The notes under the pieces: model-generated
The model's database searches: none
What the model saw: the letters and a program-made list of their open reading frames with translations, nothing else
What the model was told of the DNA's origin: nothing
Shown here: piece by piece, positions 22,359 to 32,000 of the stretch
Layout of the letters: every line of letters begins with the position of its first letter
Numbering within the stretch: the stretch's first letter is position 1
Program-made: the position numbers and the translations under genes
From: Mucisphaera calidilacus
GTDB taxonomy: Bacteria; Planctomycetota; Phycisphaerae; Phycisphaerales; Phycisphaeraceae
Length of the DNA: 32,000 bases
Assembly (NCBI RefSeq): GCF_007748075.1
Contig: NZ_CP036280.1
Span: forward strand, 450,001 to 482,000
Reading direction: 5' to 3'

Positions 22359-23350
22359 CCTTGTTCCTTATCAACGCGTAGACCGCTGACCTCGAGATAA
22401 GCCATGGCACACCACGAGCGATCGTCGGTCCAATGTTCGCGCAGACTGAAGTCTTGTGCCAGCGCCATCAATGACGCCAGCGAATACTTCTGCGATTGCT
22501 CGGTCCACACCGCTTCGCCGGCAGAGAAGGCAAACCGTCGCCCGGCGAGGTGAACCTCCTGATCGCGGGTGCTGACCAGGTAGGACTCCATGCGCGCTTC
22601 CCGCTTGTTCCAGACGGCCCGGTGCTCCCACAGCTGTCGATCAAAATCGGCCCCCGCCTCACGGTTGAGCCTGTCGAGCAGATTCAGGTTGAAGGCCGCG
22701 GTGATACCCGCCGCGTCGTCATACGCGGGTACCAGCAGGTCCGGCGACTTGATCAGATCAACACCAATCAACAACCCCCCACCCGGGCCGACCCATCTCG
22801 CCAATCGACGCAGTAAAGCCCTCGACGCGTCTGCACCCAGATTCCCGATCGTCGAACCGGGAAAGAACACCACACGCCTGCTGCCGGGCGTTTCAGGGAG
22901 GTTCAGGTCGTGCGTGAAGTCGCCACAGACCGCCTGAACATCGAGGCCGGGCATCTCGGTCTGGATCGCATCAAGAGATGCATCCAGGGCCGCTTTGGAG
23001 ATCTCAATCGGCGTATAACCCGCGGGCTCCCTCATCGCCTGCAGCAGCCGCAGGGTTTTGGTCCCGGCACCCGAGCCGAGCTCGATCAACCAGACGTCGC
23101 TGCCCATCGCCGCGGCCATGTCGTCGAGGTGGTCGTCAAAGATCGACATCTCGGTGCGCGTGAGATAGTACTCCGGCAGATGTGTGATACGCTCGAACAA
23201 TTCCGAACCCTTCGCATCGTAGAGGTACTGAGTCGGCAACGTGCGCGGCGTGCTACTCAGACCCTCGATGACTTGACGGACCATGCGTGAGTCGTAGCGT
23301 TGGGCGTGATGAACAGAAACCGTCGCGGCTGATGGGCGGTCCAGGGGCAT
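22355..23350 (-). CDS. egtD: L-histidine N-alpha-methyltransferase (ergothioneine biosynthesis EgtD)
   Basis: YLYDAKGSELFERITHLPEYYLTRTEMSIF, the SAM-binding LIELGSGAGTKT, YTPIEISKAAL and FFPGSTIGN all match EgtD family signatures. Adjacent to egtB. Confidence 0.9.
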   Translation of the reverse strand: MPLDRPSAATVSVHHAQRYDSRMVRQVIEGLSSTPRTLPTQYLYDAKGSELFERITHLPEYYLTRTEMSIFDDHLDDMAAAMGSDVWLIELGSGAGTKTLRLLQAMREPAGYTPIEISKAALDASLDAIQTEMPGLDVQAVCGDFTHDLNLPETPGSRRVVFFPGSTIGNLGADASRALLRRLARWVGPGGGLLIGVDLIKSPDLLVPAYDDAAGITAAFNLNLLDRLNREAGADFDRQLWEHRAVWNKREARMESYLVSTRDQEVHLAGRRFAFSAGEAVWTEQSQKYSLASLMALAQDFSLREHWTDDRSWCAMAYLEVSGLRVDKEQG

Positions 23351-23375
23351 AAATAGCTTTCAGTAAAAGGAAGTG

Positions 23376-24695
23376 TCAGGCGGCGAGCGTACGTGCCAGC
23401 CTCAGGCCGGCAAACTGCCATCGTGATTCGGGAGGGAAGAAGTTGCGGTAGGTCAGACGGGCCTGCGAACGCGCCGTAGCACAGGACCCGCCTCGCAACA
23501 CATACTGATTGCACATGAACTTGCCGTTGTACTCGCCGAGCGCCCCATCGGGCGGCCGGTAGCCCGGGTAAGGGGTGTAGCTGCTGCCGGTCCACTCCCA
23601 GACATCTCCGAAAAAGCGTGTGGGCTGGGTCTCACGCGGGTCGAGTGGCGCCGGATGGTATCTCTGTTCGTCGGCGATCACGCCATCCAGTGCCTGGTCC
23701 GCCGCCGCCTGCTCCCACTCGAACTCGGTCGGCAGGCGCGCCCCAACCCATCGCGCGTAGGCGTCGGCCTCAAAATAGGAGAGGTGGCACACCGGCTCAT
23801 CGAGACGCAGATCCACCGGACCGTGCAGCGTGTATTGACGCCAACGACCGTCCTCACGGTACCAGTAGATCGGATGCCGCCAGCCCTGATCCTGTACCGT
23901 CGCCCAACCCATCGACAGCCAGTGTTGATGCTGCTCGTAGCCGCCCGACTCAACAAACGCGAGATACTCGTGATTGGTCACGGGACGGTCGGCGATCTCG
24001 AAAGGCTCGAGAAAGACCCGGTGACGCGGGCACTCGTTGTCAAAGCGGAATCCATCATCAGGATTGGCGCCCACACGCACCACGCCCGCATTAAAACGCC
24101 TCCAGCCTGTTTCAGGAATCGTGCCGATCGCAGTGCCGTCACGCGGCGACGGATACACAGCGGGCAGAAGCGGGTTGCCCGAGAGCACGTGTTTAACATC
24201 GGTCAGCATCAACTCCTGATGCTGCTGCTCGTGGTTCAGGCCGATGGTCATGATACGCCGAAGCTCCACATCCTCATCGCAGCGCTCAAGAAGTTTGATC
24301 ACCGCGTCGTCAACGAAACGGCGGTAGGCGAACACCTGCTCGACGGTCGGACGCGAGAGCATGCCGCGTCGCGGACGACAGTGCTGGGGTCCCACCGTGT
24401 TGTAGTAGGAGTTGAAGAGGTAGTCGTAGGTCTCTTCGGGTGAAACGTAACCATGGACGAAGTCGCGGAGCACAAACCGCTCGAAAAACCAACTCGTATG
24501 CGCCAGGTGCCACTTCATCGGGCTGGCTTCCGTCATCGACTGGATCACCATGTCCTCGGGAGCGAGTGGTTCGGCGATAGCCTGAGTTTGCTGACGGACC
24601 GCCCGGAATGGCTCGATCATCGATGGTCGGGTGGACCCCCCATCCGATGACATGCGTCGGGCTGTCGTCTGCCTGATTGATGTGGGTTTGGTCAT
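23376..24695 (-). CDS. egtB: hercynine-dependent sulfoxide synthase (ergothioneine biosynthesis EgtB; DinB-like N-domain plus FGE-like C-domain)
   Basis: [62 protein letters not shown] and [12 protein letters not shown]...[23 protein letters not shown]. Start taken at the ATG at 24695; the track start at 24740 is also possible. Confidence 0.9.
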   Translation of the reverse strand: MTKPTSIRQTTARRMSSDGGSTRPSMIEPFRAVRQQTQAIAEPLAPEDMVIQSMTEASPMKWHLAHTSWFFERFVLRDFVHGYVSPEETYDYLFNSYYNTVGPQHCRPRRGMLSRPTVEQVFAYRRFVDDAVIKLLERCDEDVELRRIMTIGLNHEQQHQELMLTDVKHVLSGNPLLPAVYPSPRDGTAIGTIPETGWRRFNAGVVRVGANPDDGFRFDNECPRHRVFLEPFEIADRPVTNHEYLAFVESGGYEQHQHWLSMGWATVQDQGWRHPIYWYREDGRWRQYTLHGPVDLRLDEPVCHLSYFEADAYARWVGARLPTEFEWEQAAADQALDGVIADEQRYHPAPLDPRETQPTRFFGDVWEWTGSSYTPYPGYRPPDGALGEYNGKFMCNQYVLRGGSCATARSQARLTYRNFFPPESRWQFAGLRLARTLAA

Positions 24696-24749
24696 GGTGT
24701 CACCTGCACGGTTTGACGGGCGGTGCGCATGGCAGAACACACGTAGGTA

Positions 24750-26213
24750 TCAGTGAACGCTTGAGTGTGTAGGGAGCTTCTCCATCGCTTCGGCCGCACG
24801 CTTCATCTCCCTGAGCATACCGCTGAACACGATGTGATGAAAGGGTAAAACTGAATACCAGTAAGCAAGACCAAACAATCCCTTGGGCATGAAGCGAGCG
24901 GACATGAGCAACCGTTGCCGATCGCCCTCCGGTTCGATGTCGAACGCGAGTTCGGCAACCCCCGGGAGCTTCATCTCAGCACGCAGTTCCAGTCGTGCAT
25001 TGCGTCGAACATCAGTCACACGCCAGAAATCGAGCGCCTCGCCATAACTCACGGTCTCGGGGTGTCGACGCCCGCGACGCAGCCCCGGCCCACCAACGAG
25101 CTGATCCATCCACCCACGCAAGCGCCACAGGTAGTCCGCCGCGTACCAGCCATGCCCGCCACCCACACGGCAGACCGCAGCAAACACGGTGGACGCCGAG
25201 GCATCGATCACCACCGACCGTGTGTCCTCAAACACTTTGCCTCCCGCCCAGTCGGGATCGCCCGGGACCACGCCCGCCGCCGACCACGTCGTCATCACCT
25301 GCCCCGAGCGGGTCCGATCCAGTGCGCGTTCGATCGCCTCGCGAGGCGGGATGGTCTGTCTTGGGAACAACTGCTGCACGGTGTCGTCGTGCACGATCAC
25401 TTCGTTTCGCAAACCCTCTGCCAAAGGCCGGGCAATCGCCGCACTCACGGGCGTGACCAGACCGAGCCAGAGCGAACTGAGCTTCGGACTGAGAATCGGC
25501 AGCGGGATCACCCAACGCCTGCGGAAACCCATCGCCTCGGCCATCTGCCTCATTAATTCCCTGTAGGACAGAACTTCGGGCCCGCCGATCTCCAACGACC
25601 GATCGATCGGCTCTTCGATCTCCAGCACATCGATCAGGTAGGCCAGCACATCAATCACGCTGATCGGCTGGCAACGCGTCTTGACCCAGCGCGGCGTGAT
25701 CATCACGGGCAGACGCTCAACGAGGTAACGCAGAATCTCAAACGAGGCCGAGCCCGAACCGAGGATCATCGCGGCACGCAGCACAGTGACAGGCACGCCC
25801 GAGTCACGGAGAATCTGTTCCACCTCCTGACGCGAACGCAGGTGCTTGCTGAGTCCTGCCCCTAGCTCTCCGAGCCCGCCCAGGTAGACAATCCGTTGCA
25901 CCGAGGTATCACGCACCGCCGACGCGAACGAGGCCGCCAGCCGACGGTCACGCTCCACAAAATCATCATTCCCCGCCTCCATCGCGTGGATCAGGTAGTA
26001 AGCCGCGTCGCACGTACTTGCCGCTTCACGCACCGCCTGCTCATCAAGAGCATCCGCCTCGATCACGGTCACGCCCGGGTTCCGCACCCAATCACGCTCG
26101 CTGAGTTTGCGCTTCGAACGCACCAGACAGACCAGACTGTGCCCACGCTTGAGCAACTCCGGTGCCAGCCTGCCACCGATGTATCCGGTCGCTCCCGTCA
26201 GCAGAACACGCAT
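24750..26213 (-). CDS. atypical SDR (NAD(P)-binding, NmrA-like) fused to a DUF2867-like C-terminal domain
   Basis: MRVLLTGATGYIGGRL Rossmann motif. C-terminal half has WRLRGWMDQLVGGPGLRRGRRHP...ALDFWRV, typical of DUF2867. An alternative ATG lies at 26231, 6 codons upstream. Confidence 0.8.
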   Translation of the reverse strand: MRVLLTGATGYIGGRLAPELLKRGHSLVCLVRSKRKLSERDWVRNPGVTVIEADALDEQAVREAASTCDAAYYLIHAMEAGNDDFVERDRRLAASFASAVRDTSVQRIVYLGGLGELGAGLSKHLRSRQEVEQILRDSGVPVTVLRAAMILGSGSASFEILRYLVERLPVMITPRWVKTRCQPISVIDVLAYLIDVLEIEEPIDRSLEIGGPEVLSYRELMRQMAEAMGFRRRWVIPLPILSPKLSSLWLGLVTPVSAAIARPLAEGLRNEVIVHDDTVQQLFPRQTIPPREAIERALDRTRSGQVMTTWSAAGVVPGDPDWAGGKVFEDTRSVVIDASASTVFAAVCRVGGGHGWYAADYLWRLRGWMDQLVGGPGLRRGRRHPETVSYGEALDFWRVTDVRRNARLELRAEMKLPGVAELAFDIEPEGDRQRLLMSARFMPKGLFGLAYWYSVLPFHHIVFSGMLREMKRAAEAMEKLPTHSSVH

Positions 26214-26442
26214 GGGCCGGACTGACGTCATAGCAACATCCTCTTCACGCGAAACCCAGCAATCAAAACCTCAATTGAAAAAAAGGGTTGCTGCCGACGG
26301 GTCTCCAAGACCACGCGACGAAGGCCCCACAGCGTTCGAACCGAACGAAGCGAGAGCGGAAAGTGAAGTGAGATCCTTTGGTCAGCCGCTTTAACCTCGA
26401 TAGGCAGGCCATTGATACGCGCCTGAAAGCGGCCAACCGTGG

Positions 26443-26649
26443 TCAGTTTGGGGAGACGTTGTCCTGCGTCCGAATCTTGACGATGCCGTTGAGATGCCAC
26501 TCGGCGTGCTCCGCATCCGGCCCCGTCCCGCTGGGAATCTTGATTTGCATGTCCTGAAAATCATAGGTGATCTCGGCGTTGCGACCGGTCAGACGCTCGT
26601 ACAGGCCGATCGCGAGATCAGGCCAGGTTTTCGTGTGTTCATCGGACAT
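26443..26649 (-). CDS. small hypothetical protein (68 aa)
   Basis: ATG at 26649 is preceded by an AGGAGA RBS at about 7 nt spacing. No overlap with other credible CDS. No family recognised. Confidence 0.5.
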   Translation of the reverse strand: MSDEHTKTWPDLAIGLYERLTGRNAEITYDFQDMQIKIPSGTGPDAEHAEWHLNGIVKIRTQDNVSPN

Positions 26650-26877
26650 GGTGCATCTCCTGTATGGATTGTTACTGCAATCGGACTCTTAACATGACGT
26701 GTAATCAAGCAACGACTAATAGTCATATTAGCGCCGTCAGACCGCCGGGCTACGCCTCGCAGAGAAACCGTGAAAAACCATACGCAGCACCATCGACCGG
26801 TCTGAACGATATGCGCCGCCCAAGCATCCCAGGGAGCATCCTTTACACTGAGTCTCGCAGACGACCGCACGCGTTAC

Positions 26878-28094
26878 ATGGAGACCCCCGTGTTCCGATC
26901 GAGGCACCTGATTCCGCTGATCCTGACGGGGATCCTTCTTGCCGCAGCAGCACTGTTTTTCCTGCCAAACAATGTCGGACCAGCCGATCAAAGCCCCGGA
27001 GGCGATGGGCCGGCGCTCGCTGTCCCGGTTGAAGTCGCGCGGATCCAGCGCGGCAGCATCGAGCTGCGCAGGACGTTTACCGGCAGCCTCGAAGCGCGCA
27101 GCACGATGGCCGTCGCGGCGAAGATCAGCGGACGCGTAGCCTCCATCGAGGTCGACTTGGCCGACCCCGTGACCAACGGTGCCGAAGTGGTGATTCTCGA
27201 CGACGACGAGGAACAGCAGGCGTTGGTTCAGGCCGAGGCCGAGCTGGCTGTCGCCGAGGCGGGGCTGACCGAGGCGAGAGACGCACTGGAGATCGCGGAA
27301 CGCAAGATGCAACGACAGACCCTCCTCCGCGAGAGGGGGGTTGCCTCGGAAGCGCAGATGGACACCGTCCGCGCCGAGCAGCTGGCCGCCCGTTCGCGCG
27401 TCGCCGTGGCGGAGGCTCAACGCGAACGCGCACGCGCTACCCTGCAGACCGCACGCATCCGACTCGGTTACACACGCGTTATGGCGGCATGGGAAGCGGG
27501 TGATGACCGGCGGGTCGTTGCGCAACGCTACGTCGAGCAGGGGGACACCGTCGCGGCCAACACGACCCTCCTGACCATCGTTGAACTCGACCCCATCAAA
27601 GCTGTCGTCTTCGTCACCGAGCGTGACTACGCACGACTCCGCCCCGGCCAGCACGTCACCATCAGTACCGACAGCTACGAGGACCGCGTCTTTACCGGAA
27701 AGGTGGCCCGCGTTTCTCCGGTCTTCGAATCAAGCTCGCGTCAGGCGCGTGTCGAGCTGCTCGTCCCGAACCCCGGGCGTCTGCTCAAACCCGGTATGTT
27801 CGTTCGCGCCGAGACGATTCTCGACGCGGCCCAGGACGCAACCATCGTGCCCTCCGGCGCACTGGTCCGCAGGGCCGATCGCCCCGTCCTCTTCCTCCTC
27901 GACGAACAGGCGATGCGGGTCCGCATGTCGCCCGTCGAGACGGGCATCGAGAGCGGCGGACGCGTTCAGATCCTCACCAGCGACCTGAGCGGGCGTGTTG
28001 TCACACTCGGGCACCAGCTTCTTGACGATGGGTCGAGCGTGACCGTCCCGGCCGACGAGAAACCCGTGACGCCACCGGAGGATCCGACCGGCTC

Positions 28095-28098
<4 letters not shown>
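26878..28098 (+). CDS. RND efflux periplasmic adaptor (membrane fusion protein, HlyD family)
   Basis: N-terminal TM anchor, then lipoyl/coiled-coil/beta-barrel pattern: [19 protein letters not shown], the coiled coil [13 protein letters not shown]...[17 protein letters not shown], and KPGMFVRAE. An alternative in-frame GTG at 26890 has a GGAGA RBS. Confidence 0.88.
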
Positions 28099-31141
<3,043 letters not shown>

Positions 31142-31145
<4 letters not shown>

Positions 31146-32000
31146 GCCACCAGCCGACACACCGCGCAGCCGTAATCCTGCTCTGTCTCGCACTCGGCGG
31201 ATGCCTCCAGTCCGAGGACACACCCTTCCTGCAACCCGACTGGGAACAGGCCCTGCGTGAGGCGGACCGCGACGAGGACGCGACGCAGCAGCCGACGAGC
31301 ATCCGAAACGAGGAACAAACCAGACTCACCGCCACCTCGCTGCTCCGAGACGACGGGGTGCTGGGCCTCTCCATCGAACACGCCGCGATGCTCGCCCTGT
31401 CGGGCAACCGCGACCTCGCCGTGCAGCAGTTCCAGCCCGTCATCGTCGGCGCCAACGAGCGGATCGAGCGTGGCGTCTTCGACCCCGAATTCTTCGCCTC
31501 GGCCGACTTCTCCGAAGAACGCGCCTCCGAGGTCAACCGCGCCACCGGCACACGGTTCAACGTCGAAGGCGAGGACACCACCGCCCAGGCCGGCATCCGC
31601 CAGACGCTGCCAACCGGCACCGACATCGAACTCGACGCCAGCTTCGACCGCGAGGTCTCCAACCGGACGCCCAAGCAGCAGGAGACCCGTATCGGCCTGA
31701 CCGTCACCCAGCAACTGCTCCGCGACGCCGGCCCCGCCGTCAACCTCGCACGCATCCGACAGGCACGCATCGACACCCGAGCCTCGGTCTTCGAGCTCCG
31801 AGGCTACGCCGAGACCCTCCTCGCGGAGGTCGAGTCCGCCTACTGGCGATACGTCCTCGCACGCGAGCGCATCGCCATCTTCCAACGCTCCGTCGACGTG
31901 GCCCGACAGCAACGCGACGAGGTCGAGCAGCGTATCGAGGTCGGCGTCCTCGCCGAAACCCTCGGCGCCGCCGCCCGCGCCGAGGTCGCACTCCGCGAGC
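31142..32000 (+). CDS. TolC-family outer-membrane efflux protein (lipoprotein-type signal), 3' end outside the window
   Basis: Not in the ORF track because no stop occurs in the window; I translated it by hand. [24 protein letters not shown] (lipobox LGGC) ...[21 protein letters not shown]...[32 protein letters not shown]. The ATG at 31142 overlaps the RND stop (ATGA). Confidence 0.8.

Noticed and set aside
23376-24100. FGE-like (formylglycine-generating-enzyme fold) C-terminal domain of EgtB as the missing maturase for the sulfatase at 1043-2467
   Set aside because: The domain sits in a protein with the DinB-like N-domain and EgtB-specific motifs, adjacent to egtD. The EgtB C-domain shares the FGE fold but is not known to mature sulfatases.

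Overview
GC-rich bacterial chromosomal segment with a strong G/C preference at codon third positions. Many long antisense ORFs in the six-frame track are artefacts of this composition. The gene content suggests Planctomycetota, possibly a Phycisphaerae-like organism (inference). That content includes three prepilin-like DUF1559-type proteins with [10 protein letters not shown]-type N-termini, PEP-CTERM-anchored secreted proteins carrying dockerin-like repeats, a Cys-type sulfatase, and an ECF sigma / FecR-LamG anti-sigma pair. I saw no rRNA, tRNA, CRISPR array, transposase, integrase or phage genes. There are four blocks. (1) 1-6.7 kb: a sugar symporter fragment, an esterase, and a leaderless (apparently cytoplasmic) GHL6-GH130-sulfatase operon, divergent from a LacI-family regulator. 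(2) 6.8-21.5 kb: a glycan-associated surface locus. It holds PEP-CTERM lectin-like proteins, pilin-like DUF1559 genes, a secreted CBM-GH10, a FucI-family isomerase, a secreted PLC-like phosphodiesterase, a 927-aa LamG/beta-helix/dockerin/PEP-CTERM protein, and an ECF sigma with a FecR-LamG anti-sigma. This is the best candidate for an undescribed system. (3) 21.5-26.2 kb: egtB-egtD (ergothioneine) with an upstream SDR-DUF2867 gene and a start/stop-overlapping, lysine-free ORF of unknown function downstream. (4) 26.4-32 kb: a small orphan ORF and an MFP-RND-OMP efflux operon with ATGA start/stop overlaps. All functional calls come from motif recognition by eye; no database search was possible.
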